A stretch of 59,355 nt of DNA, taken from positions 1-59,355 of the forward strand of contig NIVC01004122.1 in assembly GCA_002269645.1 (NCBI GenBank), written 5' to 3'. The notes below the pieces were generated by a model that made no database searches, was not told the origin of the DNA, and saw only the letters and a program-made list of their open reading frames with translations. Source of the stretch: Macrostomum lignano. Its lineage: Eukaryota. The translations under genes and the position numbers were made by a program. Numbering within the stretch: position 1 is the first letter of the stretch; every line of letters begins with the position of its first letter. Below are positions 1 through 12,000 of the stretch, piece by piece.

Positions 1-63
1 CTGAAGGATCTGAACAAAAATCTTCAGGATCCCAACTAAAGCCGGCTGTCTCACAAGTCTCAC

Positions 64-2373
64 CCTGATAGCAGACGGCGCAAATCTCATCAATAGTTGG
101 AAAGTCATCGGAAGCGTCCAGCAGAGACTGCCAGCTGCTGCTGCGCTGCTCAGGCTGCGGAGCCGCAATCCGCTCGACGGTGCCCCGGCCGGCCGAACCG
201 GCTCGCCACCATCACCGTGGAGAACTCCAGCCGGTCCAGTGGGCACGTGTTGGCTGTTCGAACACCATTCGGTCAGGCAGGGCAGGCAGAAGGCGTGCCG
301 GCAGCAGTCGGGCGGGCCACCCGGCCGCTGATTGGCTCGCAGCAGACCGGACAGGAGAAGCTCGGGTGCTCGGCGAAGTCGATCCGGTCGACAATGCGAC
401 CGCCTGGACGACGACGCAGAGTGACGGAGTCGAACTGGATGCCGCAGTTGGGCACCGGGCAGGGCAGGGCGGCGGCCGCTGTTGCTGATGAAGTTGATGA
501 GGCTGAGGCGGCGGCTTCATCCGTAACGCGGCGCGCGCTGCTCAGCGTAGGCGAGCAGACAGGCCAGGTGGAATCGGTGCCGCGGCAGGACTCGGCGAAC
601 TCGTACCGGGTGAACTTGGCGTTGCACAGCCGGCAGTGACGGTCGCCGCACGCAGGCTGCGGGCAGGTACAGGGAGAGGGGGAGAGCCTGAGGATCTAGG
701 AGGCTGGCCCAGCAACTGGGGATCTGGGAGGCTAGCCCAGCAACTGAGGATCTGGGAGGTGTAGGGCGTAGGCCGTGCGCTGCACTCTCTGCCCCACATT
801 ATTGTTCATGACTCATTCTCTCGCCTAAACTTGTTTACCAATTCTCGACCAATCGCGCCATCGCTGCACCCCACCCCACAATATTGACCAATAAATATAT
901 TGAGTAAACAGAGCCATACAGAGGCCACCTTTTCGGCACGCAAACCCAGACTTCACATGAGGCTGGCCCAGCAACTGGGGATTTTGGAGGCCTGCACAGC
1001 AACTGGGGATCTAGGAGGCTGGCCCAGCAACGGAGGATCTGGGAGACTGGCCCAGCAACTGAGGATTTTGGAGGCCTGCACAGCAACTGGGAATCTGGGA
1101 GGCTGGCCCAGCAACTGGGATCTGGGAGGTTGGCACAGCAACTGGGGATCTGGGAGGCTGGCCCAGCAACTGGGGATTTGGAGGCTGGCACAGCAACTGG
1201 GGATTTGGGAGGCTGGCACAGCAACTGAGGATCTGGGAGGCTGGCGGGAACAAAGCCATCAGACAGGCATCAGCAAGGTGCCTCACCGACTTGCTGCTCG
1301 AGTCCTCCACGCCACGGTCCACCGCCTCCGCATCGGCAGGCGCGGTCGTGAGAACAGCGGCGGCAGCTCCGGCAGCAGCGGAGTCGTCAGCGTCTTCTGC
1401 CGAACTCGAATCCGGCACGGCCGGTCGAACGACACGCGGTCGTCGAGTAACCGGCGGCGAAGTCGAAGAGGTTGACGATGATGACGAGGAAGCTGAGAAA
1501 GCGGCGACGCGTTTCCGACCGGCTCGAACGGGAGCGCCGATCGGGCTGGACGAGGAGGAGGAGTTGTCAGTGTCGAGATTTTCAACGGCCCTTTCAATTG
1601 CGATCGACAGTCTGGACAGAGCCAGGACGGCGCGACGGTGGCTGCTGCTGCCCGCAGCAGTCGGCGTGGAAAGCGGCCTCGCAGTCGGCGCACTGCACCG
1701 CCAGCCGATCGGCTACGGGGCGACGGCAGACGCCGCAGTCGAGCAGCCGACGCCTGCCGCACCGACGGAACAGGTCCGACACGGAGCCTGAGGACATGCC
1801 AGGCGCCGCGGCAGGCCGGACGTCAGCAGCAGACAGTCGCTCTCGCCTCAGCAGGGTCCGCCAAGCCGGCTGTAGCAAAACAACAGCCGATAGTGCCGCC
1901 TGCAGGCCGGACACCTGTCCGACTGCTCAGACCAGTGCCGCAGGCAGGCCAGACAGAAGGCGTGATCGCAGCACTCCGGCGTGGCAACTTCGCCAGCTGG
2001 ATATTCGAAACAGACCGAGCAACGATGCTGCGACGGGTCGAGTTTCAACACCTGATCGCCGCAGTAGGCAATATCCAAGCCGGCTAAGTATTCGTGAAAG
2101 CAGATTTCATTGCTGCTGCTGCTATTAGGAGAGCACTGTCCGGGACAGCTAGTCAGATCAGAGCCGGCAAGGCTGGCAAACAGGCAGGCAGGGTGAAACC
2201 AGTGCTGACTGCAGCCGGTCAGGTGGCACAGTTCAACCGAGCTGCCGCAGCCGCCGCTGTCGCCTGATTGGCAAATCTGGCACTGACGAGACTGCTGCGG
2301 GGCAGCGAAAGGTCGGATGAGAGAGGAGCCTTAAAGCTTGGGGGTTGACTTCTAACGCATGGGTTTGTGCCAT
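64..2373 (-). CDS. Multi-zinc-finger (RING-H2-like/RING-HC/PHD) protein, PHRF1/SCAF11-like RINGs; 3' partial and frameshifted in this sequence
   Basis: Exon ~1287-2294 (possibly from ATG 2373) encodes CQIC..CSQHWFHPAC..CPGQC, CSVC..CCDHAFCLAC..CPAC and CGVC..CADCEAAFHADC..WLCPDC. A GT-AG intron spans 657-1286. Exon 64-656 encodes CRLC..HRFHLAC..CPVPNC, CPVC..CCRHAFCLPC..CPLDR and the start of another finger (EICAVCYQ), then a GT donor at 63. The reading needs about 8 single-base frame corrections. Confidence 0.8.
686..1245. repeat. Intronic minisatellite, ~28-bp unit GGATCTGGGAGGCTGGCCCAGCAACTGG
   Basis: Degenerate tandem copies fill intron 657-1286. Confidence 0.9.
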
Positions 2374-2679
2374 AGACGCTAACAAAATCTAGACCGCTGG
2401 AATAACCGCGGCTGCACAGCTAGCCTTGGGACTAAACTTGTCCTTAAGTTAAGAATTGCTTTCCTAATCCCTGCCACAGATTTTAAAATAACTAGATGGG
2501 CCACTCAGGCATATATACTTAGTAAAACAGCTTTCTACTTTCAGTTCAGAAGCAATGAAGAATACATAAGCTATTTTATAAAAATAAAGGCAGCTGAAAT
2601 GACTTTGATAAGTTCAGAACCCAAGCTTGCAGGCGTAAACAACTTGCTCATTGGTTCAGCAGTAATGTACTTTGGCCAG

Positions 2680-2860
2680 TCCACTGAAATGTACATGGCA
2701 GCTTTAGGCTGGAATTCCGAGGAAGGCAATAAAAACTGGGGCGGGGCGAGAGGGGGGGGGTTAGTGTGGATAGTTTAGTTGGAGGGTTGGAGGGTTTAGG
2801 CTGGGGGGTAAGAGCCGATAAATGAGCTTTAAAAATACATTAAAATATTGTTTAACTTAC
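2680..2860. repeat. Dispersed repeat; inverted relative of the ~130-bp unit at 9770-10335
   Basis: It shares AATGTACAT.GCAGCTTTA, GGCTGGAA and AAGGCAATAAAAACTGGG with the reverse complement of the 9770-10335 unit. Confidence 0.65.
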
Positions 2861-2949
2861 TACTGAACTGAAAGTAGCTTACACGCAAATGTGATGAGTG
2901 GCTTATCTAGTCAGTTATCCTATGTCTGTAATCCCTCCCGCCTAACAAT

Positions 2950-4285
2950 TATACTCCTGACCAATCAACGCATAGTAGACTCTAATCTACTCCTGACCAA
3001 TCAGAGCATAGCAGACCCCAATCTACTCCTGACCAATCAGAGCATAGCAGACCCCAATCTACTCCTGACCAATCAGAGCATAGCAGACCCAAATCTACTC
3101 CTGACCAATCAGAGCATAGCAGACCCTAATCTACTCCTGACCAATCAGAGCATATCAGACCCAAATCTACTCCTGACCAATCAGAGCATAGCAGACCCTA
3201 ATCTACTCCTGACCAATCAGAGCATAGTAGACCCTAATCTACTCCTGACCAATCAGAGCATAGCAGACCCTAATCTACTCCTGACCAATCAGAGCATAGC
3301 AGACCCAAATCTACTCCTGACCAATCAGAGCATAGAAGACTCTAATATCTACTCCTGATCAATCAGAGCACAGCAGACTCGAATCTACTCCTGTTCAATC
3401 AGAGCACAGCAGACTCTAATCTACTCCTGACCAATCAGAGCATAGTAGATTCTAATCTACTCCTTACCAATCAGAGCATAGTAGACTCTAATCTACTCCT
3501 TACCAATCAGAGCATAGCAGACCCTAATCTACTCCTGGTCAATCAGAGCATAGCAGACCCTAATCTACTCCTGATCAATCAGAGCATAGTAGACCCTAAT
3601 CTACTCCTGACCAATCAGAGCATAGCAGACCCTAATCTACTCCTGGTCAATCAGAGCATAGCAGACCCTAATCTACTCCTGGTCAATCAGAGCATAGCAG
3701 ACCCTAATCTACTCCTGATCAATCAGAGCATAGTAGACCCTAATCTACTCCTGATCAATCAGAGCATAGCAGACCCTAATCTACTCCTGGTCAATCAGAG
3801 CATAGCAGACCCTAATCTACTCCTGGTCAATCAGAGCATAGCAGACCCTAATCTACTCCTGGTCAATCAGAGCATAGCAGACCCTAATCTACTCCTGACC
3901 AATCAGAGCATAGAAGACTCTAATATCTACTCCTGATCAATCAGAGCACAGCAGACTCGAATCTACTCCTTACCAATCAGAGCATAGCAGACCCTAATCT
4001 ACTCCTGTTCAATCAGAGCACAGCAGACTCTAATCTACTCCTGACCAATCAGAGCATAGTAGACTCTAATCTACTCCTGACCAATCAGAGCATAGTAGAC
4101 TCTAATCTACTCCTGACCAATCAGAGCATAGCAGACCCTAATCTACTCCTGACCAATCAGAGCATAGCAGACCCTAATCTACTCCTGACCAATCAGAGCA
4201 TAGTAGACTCTAATCTACTCCTGACCAATCAGAGCATAGCAGACCCTAATCTACTCCTGACCAATCAGAGCATTGCTGATCCCAG
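2950..4285. repeat. Minisatellite, 36-bp unit CTACTCCTGACCAATCAGAGCATAGCAGACCCTAAT, ~37 copies
   Basis: Direct tandem repeat visible in the sequence; the ORF over it is periodic (LLLTNQSIADPN). Confidence 0.97.
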
Positions 4286-4704
4286 ACTTCTCAATCTATT
4301 ATAAAAGAAAGCCTTGCAAAAAACAAAAGTTAAATAATGATGGGTTGAAGAGTTTATTTTGCAGTTAGCTTTCAAAGAAAAATATTCTAGCAGACAGGCG
4401 AGATTTAAGAGGCAGAAAATCTGCAATATACTCACATAAGTCTATCTAAAGCTGAGAAAGTTGAAGGGTAAAACAAGATAGAGCTAACAGCTATTAAAAA
4501 ATTAAAATTGTTTTTTGAAGCTGCTAATATTTTTACAAAGGTAAACAAAAAGTGACGCAGCTAGCTTGAATACTGTTTATAAAGTGAGTTCTAAGATCTG
4601 GTTATGTATTTCTTTGCAATTTGAGTGGACTTTATCCGATAGTTTTTTAATTACTTGATTAATAAGAATTGACCAACAAATGGATGTGAATTTTAGTGGG
4701 GTGG

Positions 4705-5455
4705 TGGAGAGCTCGGGACGAGGGGATGTATATTTGGAATGGGTTGGTTGGCCAGACCGGGACGAGGGGATGTACATTTGGAATGGGTTGGTTGGCCAGA
4801 CCGGGACGAGGGGATGTACATTTGGGATGGGTTGGTTGGCCAGACCGGGACGAGGGGATGTACATTTGGAGTGGGGTGGTTGGCTAGTTCGGGACGAGGG
4901 GATGTACATTTGGAGTAGGGTGGTTGGCCAGACCAGGATGAGGGGATGTACATTTGGAGTGGGGTGGTTGGCCAGACCAGGATGAGGGGATGTACATTTG
5001 GAGTGGGGTGGTTGGCCAGACCAGGATGAGGGGATGTACATTTGGAGTGGGGTGGTTGGCCAGACCAGGATGAGGGGATGTACATTTGGAGTGGGGTGGT
5101 TGGCCAGACCAGGATGAGGGGATGTACATTTGGAGTGGGGTGGTTGGCCAGACCAGGATGAGGGGATGTACATTTGGAGTGGGGTGGTTGGCCAGACCAG
5201 GATGAGGGGATGTACATTTGGAGTGGGGTGGTTGGCCAGACCAGGATGAGGGGATGTACATTTGGAGTGGGGTGGTTGGCCAGACCAGGATGAGGGGATG
5301 TACATTTGGAGTGGGGTGGTTGGCCAGACCAGGATGAGGGGATGTACATTTGGAGTGGGGTGGTTGGCTAGTCCGGGACGAGGGGATGTACATTTGGAGT
5401 GGGGTGGTTGGCTAGTCCGGGACGAGGGGATGTACATTTGGAGTGGGGTGGTTAG
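4705..5455. repeat. G-rich minisatellite, 44-bp unit GGAGTGGGGTGGTTGGCCAGACCAGGATGAGGGGATGTACATTT, ~17 copies
   Basis: Near-perfect tandem copies. Confidence 0.97.
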
Positions 5456-6032
5456 CTGTAACAAAGTAAATGTATTCATAAGCTTTCATATGATATGAAA
5501 AATTCTTCTAAATCTAAAAAATATTGAAAGCAAATTTTCAGGTAGCTCGTAAAATGTCACTAGATACAATAAGATGTAAGTACCTTAGTAATGTATTTAA
5601 TCTGGCTTGGATAAGAAAATACAAGTAATGACTAAATCTATGAATAGATTAAAATTTACATTGCAGTCGCAGAGGTTCAAGCAACTCAATCAATATTTAA
5701 GCTGATTGGAGCGAATTGTGGATGCTAACTAATCTGCAAAACAATAATACAGCTCGTACCGAGGCACTGTAGATATGCTACAGGTAGATATTAGGTATAA
5801 AATCTAAAAAGGCGTAGGATTGAAGCAATTGAAAACAGGTTTCGTCCTTAAGAAAGGGTGATAATTTGCGTACTATAGTACTGACAATGCCAACAGTAGC
5901 ATTCTGGGGATTGTGCAGGCAAAAATATGTCAATTTTTATAGGGAAAGTTAATAAAAAGACAGAGGGTTTGTTTGACAAGTCTAACATGTACTTTAAGAC
6001 GGTAAAACAAGCCCTCCAGTTAGCAGTCAGTC

Positions 6033-9000
6033 TCATGACATCAAGCAGGTGCTATTAAGCTGCTTACTGCGACTCAAACTGAGCTCGCCTTTCAACAGGA
6101 AGTTGAGCGCAGCCTTGGCAATAAAGCTGGACGTGCCCCGGGACACGACCGCTTCGGTCTGGTAGAACAGCACCATCGACTTGTCGGCCTCCGGGCCCGT
6201 CAGCTCGCGCTCGGATTTGAAATCTCGCCAAGCCTCGTCGATAATCCGCAATACGTCGAGTTCCTCTTTGACTGCCAGTTCCGGATTGCGCTGCAGGATG
6301 AGCTCAATGATGACCAGGGCTTCCACTAGCATCTGGCGCAGTGCCGGGTTGCGCGTCTCCCTGCACAAGCGTTGCAATACGGATTTATTAATTAAATATG
6401 CACTGAGTGAACCAATAGAAATCCCACAAAATCGACGTAGATCCCACATAAACGTAAAATAGCGCTAAGAATCTTAAAAAATGTAAACCCCACACCTATC
6501 AGAGATCCCATACCCAATCTAACAGATCCCATACCCAATCTAACAGATCCCATACCCAATCCAACAGATCTTATACCAAATCTAACAGATCACATACCAA
6601 ATCTAACAGATCCCATACCCAATCTAACAGATCCCATACCAAATCTAACAGATCCCATACCCAATCTAACAGATCCCATACCAAATCTAACAGATCCCAT
6701 ACCCAATCTAACAGATCCCATACCCAATCTAACAGATCCCATACCCAATCCAACAGATCCCATACCCAATCTAACAGATCACATACCCAATCTAACAGAT
6801 CCCATACCCAATCTAACAGATCCCATACCCAATCCAACAGAATCCACACGCAATCCAGATCCCACAAACAGCATATAAAGCAGTATACCTGGCCAGAATA
6901 GCCTGCACAGCGAACACAAAGTTGGCATCGTTGCGGGACATGTCATTCAGGCAGGGGTACTGCTCTATCAGGGTGCTGCCGATGCGCACACCGCCGGTGC
7001 AGGCCTCCAGCACGCCGTAGACGCCTTCGTAGAAGCCGGGCGGCACCCGACAGAGGCAACCGTCGATCCGGCGCTGCCAGTAGGGATCCCGGAGACGGTC
7101 CCGACGAAGGATGGACACCAACAGGGATTGGATCTGCGATGGTGTGGCGGCATTTTTGTGTTGAGTATTGGCACCGTCTCCATCAAGCCCTTTGAGCCTC
7201 TCACTTTATAAGTCCAGTGATCCCATCTGTCCAGTGATTCTATCTATCCAGTGATCCCATCTGTCTAGTGATCCCATCTATCCAGTGATCCCATCAATCC
7301 AGTGATCCCATCTGTCCAGTGATTCTATCTATCCAGTGATCCCATCTGTCTAGTGATCCCATCTATCCAGTGATCCCATCAATCCAGTGATCCCATCTGT
7401 CTAGTGATCCTATCTGTCTAGTGGTCCCATCTGTCAGTGATCCCATCTGTCAGTGATTCAATCTTTCAGTGATCCCATCTGTCTAGTGATCACATCTGTC
7501 TAGTGATCACATCTGTCTAGTGATCACATCTGTCTAGTGATCTCATCTGTCAGTGATCGTATATATCCAGTGATCCCATCTATCCAGTGATCCCATCAAT
7601 CCAGTGATCCCATCTGTCAGTGATCCCATCTGTCAGTTATCCCATCTGTCTAGTGATCCCATCTGTCTAGTGATCCTATCTGTCTAGTGATCCCATCTGT
7701 CAGTGATCCCATCTGTCAGTGATCCCATTTGTCAGTGATCCCATCTGTCAGTGATCCAATCTGTGCACTGATCCCCCAGAGACACCCGTGCCCAGCCCGC
7801 TCAGCTGTCACCTTATACGGGGACAGATTCTGCAGTATCTTGCAGCCGCCATACAAGGCATCATCAACATTCTCCAATTCGATGTCCAGAGCGTCAACCA
7901 GCGGGTCCAGCCTGATATAGTAGATACCGCGAAACAGCGAGTTATCACGGCTGATGAGCGAGCCCAGGAACAGGATCAGCTCCTGTAGCAGCACCGCCTT
8001 GCCAGACGGTCCTGGCGGGTACTGGGCATACATAATCTGACACAGCTCTTTAGGCGTGAGCGGCCTGTCTATGACAATATCCGAGCCAATTATGATCTTC
8101 TTGCCGGCAACGATAACGTTGGATAGGGAGGGAGCCAGGCTGTCCACTTCTTTGCGCAGGATGGCCGAAGCGTAGCGCACGATGGCCCAGCGCTGCTGGA
8201 CACCGGCAGTGCGACTGAGGTCTTCCAGCCGGTGCGAGACCGTTTCGGTTCCGCCTGCGGCGGGGGGCGATGTTGTTCTGGTGAGTTAGACAGCACAAAA
8301 TTTGCGAATCAAGGTATTCGAGGTGTTAAGTTGTTAGGAATATCATCAAGATATTTGCGATTACAAGGTTCTCAGGGTCACGTGTGCAGGGTTCTCAGGG
8401 TCACGTGTGCAGGGTTCTCAGGGTCACGTGTGCAGGGTTCTCAGGGTCACGTGTGCAGGGTTCTCAGGGTCACGTGTGCAGGGTTCTCAGGGTCTCGTGT
8501 GCAGGGTTCTCAGGGTCACGTGTGCAGGGTTCTCAGGGTCACGTGTGCAGGGATCCCAGGGTCACGTGTGCAGGGATCCCAGGGTCACGTGTGTAGGGAT
8601 CTCAGGGTCACGTGTGCAGGGATCTCAGGGTCACGTGTGCAGGGATCTCAGGGTCACGTGTGCAGGGATCTCGGGGTAGCATGCACACTACAGAAATTTC
8701 AGGGTAGCATGTACTGGAACTTCAGGGTAGCATGTACAGGAACTTCAGGGTAGCATGTACAGGAACTTCAGGGTAGCATGTACAGGAACTTCAGGGTAGC
8801 ATGTACAGGAACTTCAGGGTAGCATGTACAGGAATTCAAGGGTAGCATGTACAGGAGTTTCAGGGTTAGGATATAAGACCACAACATTACCGTGAGGGAT
8901 CTCCCCAAACCCACCTGACAGAGCGTACAGCGGTCCGTGTCTGTCGTGCAGAATGTGCAGCAGCTGAGTCCTCGGTCCCATATTCAAAGATGCCGTGTCA

Positions 9001-12000
9001 ATGAGCTGGCAGAGGTCCTCGGAGCTGCTGGACTCCACACGCCTCACATCGATCCATTCTTCACGTTCAACGGCCACCGCGGCGTGGCCCTGAATGTTCA
9101 TCAGGGAGCGAAACGATTTCTCAACGCTGAGCTCTTCAACGCTGGGCAGATCTTTGAAAGCGTCGCCGTGGTCCTGCAGATAGTCCAGGTGGTCAACGCA
9201 AGCGCTGGCTAGCAGGTTCTGGGCTCGGCCAAGCAGCACCCGGACGCCATTAACTCGGCCGCTGCGCATTCCAGTGAGGAAAGCGATGAGCTGCTTGGCG
9301 CCAGCCGCCCGGATCATGTCCTCGCGGAGTAGAAAGCAGAATGTTGGGCGGCCGCGCAGGCGCCACCAGGTGGATAGGAATTGCAGATTGGTGCGCACCT
9401 GACAATAGGGAATAGATTAATGATTGACAGATCGGCTTGAGATTGGCTGCTATAGATACTAAGATAGATTTTTGAGGTTACTATTAGTTAGCAGGGAGGC
9501 TTCGGCCTTCGGGCACCGTCGCGAATCAAGGCGACAGTCGACCCGCGCACACGCTCATACAGGGTGTACTGTGTACAGCGGCCCTGGTTTTTCTATCATC
9601 ATTATTGCACTAAAAACCAGGCCCTAAAAATTAATTTGGCCGCGAAAACCTCAGATTCATCAGATGCTATAATAACTATTCATAGATGGGACACCCAGCA
9701 CATTTCCATGTAAGCTACTTTAAGTAGAGGGTCAAAAGTTATTTTAATATATTTTAGGACAAGGCTCGTTTATTGGCCCTCTCACCTCCAAGCTAAACCC
9801 CTCCGACCGCGTCTTTCCGCACAAAATCTCTACCCCCCCACCCCGCCGCCCAGTTTTTATTGCCTTTCTCAGTGTTCCAGCCTACCGGTAAAGCTGCAAT
9901 GTACATTATATAGGCTCGCTTATTCTCATCCCCCCACTAAAGCCTCGGCCGCGTCTTTCCCCACAAAATCTCTACCCCCGCCCCGCCGCCCAGTTTTTAT
10001 TGCCTTTCTCAGTGTTCCAGCCTACGGTAAAGCTGCAATCTACATTATATACGCTCGCTTATTCTCATCCCCCCCTCCACTGAAGCCTCGGCCGCGTCTT
10101 TCCGCACAAAATCTCTACCCCCGCCCCGCCGCCCAATTTTATTGCCATCCTCGGGGTGTTCCAGCCTAAAGCTCCAATGTACATGTACATTGCATTGCAT
10201 AGGCTCCTTTATTGGCCCTCGCATCCCCTCTCCCCGAGCTGAAGCCTTCGGCCGCATCTTTCCCCACAAAATCTCTACCCCCGGCCCAAATTTTTATTGC
10301 CTTCTAGCCTAAACCTGCCTGCCATGTACATTTTCAACGGCGCTGGCTTATGTACATTACGGCTGAACGAATAGTGGGCTGTTTACTTCTGCAGGTCACG
10401 CCAACTGCCTCTTTTCTTTTTATAAACCGTCCTAAGTGAGCATCATCTAGTTCTGATAGTACCTGCGGCTAATATATATTAGAAATGACATCAGACGCAT
10501 TAGCCGATATGTATCGAAAAGAAATGTTAAACAAAGCAAGCGCACACCTCGTCGATGACCATGTCCATATCGTGTAGCAGATAAAAGTCGCGCATCTCAA
10601 ATAGCAGCGGATAGCACAGCACAGTGCGGCCGGGCACCCTGTAGAATTTCGCCGTGCCCAGCTGGCCAATTGGACGGAGTGGCCGGCCGGACAAGCCAAG
10701 TCGTTCGCACTGACCGAGGCACTCTTGCACTTTAATGAGGTTCTTCGACGGCCAAAGGGTGATTGGTTCAACCTGCGAAGCACATTGTGTAGGGCGATTA
10801 TTAAGGAAAATGGAGAGCGATTATTAAGGAAAATGGAAGGCGATTATTAAGGAAAATGGAGGGCGATTAGTTACACGTAGGACATTGGAGGGCGATTATT
10901 TACATGTAGGACATTGGAGGGCGATTAGTTAAATGTAGGACATTGGAGGGTGATTATTTACATGTAGGACATTGGAGGGCGATTATTTAGGACATTGGAG
11001 GGTGATTATTTAGCAGATTGGAGAGCGATGATTTGGAGAATGCAGGTGCTGATTGAGAATATAGTACTAAGAGTCGTGAGCAGCCTCACCTGAGTAGGGG
11101 TCTGACTCTGCACGCCGAACGTAGCAAGCATCTGCTGCAGGCGCACAGACTCAGATATGAGCACAACTTGCACAACCAGATCCTGTAGCTTATTTATAAA
11201 TGGCACCCGCCTAGACAGATCCAACGGGCGTTCGTGAAAAGATTTGTACCGCCTAAGCAGATCCAGGTCGTGCGCCATGAGATAGCCGGACTCCAGCAGC
11301 TCGGCTATGAGGGCTACGGCTTCGCCCCATAGAAAGACGGTGTCGTTGAGTTCGAAATTCGGTCGCCGAGCTTGACTACCGGGCCGATCGCGCTCCTCTT
11401 GAAGATAGTCGCGCGGCACGAAGTAGAACTTTGGCAGCCAACGGCTCGACTGAGGAGGCTGCGAGCTGTCGGGACTGGAGTGGAAGGACGGTGAGGAGTA
11501 CGGATTAGGGACAGGGTGGATTAGGGACTGGCTGGGTTAGGGACTTGGTGAATTAAAGAGAGGGTGGATTAGGGACTGAGTCGATTAAAGACAGGGTGGA
11601 TTAAGAACTAGGCGGATTAGGGACAGGGTGAATTAAAGAGAGGGTGGATTAGGGACTGGGTGGATTAGGGATTGGGCGGATTAGGGACAGGGTGAATTAA
11701 AGAGAGGGTGGATTAGGGACTGGGTGGATTAGGGATTGGGTGGATTAGGTACAGGGTGGATTAGGGACTGGGTGGATTAGGTACAGGGTGGATTAGGGAT
11801 TGGGTGGATTAGGTACAGGGTGGATTAGGGACTGGGTGGATTAGAGGCTGGGTGAATTAGGGATTGGGAGGATTAGGGACTTGGTGGATTAGGGACTTGG
11901 TGGATTAGGGACTGGGGGGTTTAAGGAATTGGTGGATTAGGGACTTGGTGGATTGGGAGTTGAAAGGATTAGCAATAAAGCAGGAAATCAGATTAATGAA

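Noticed and set aside
9495-9520. GAGGC-TTCG-GCCTT / GCC-TTCG-GGC hairpins in PHKB intron 5
   Set aside because: Too short to support an RNA gene; probably a TE-end remnant.
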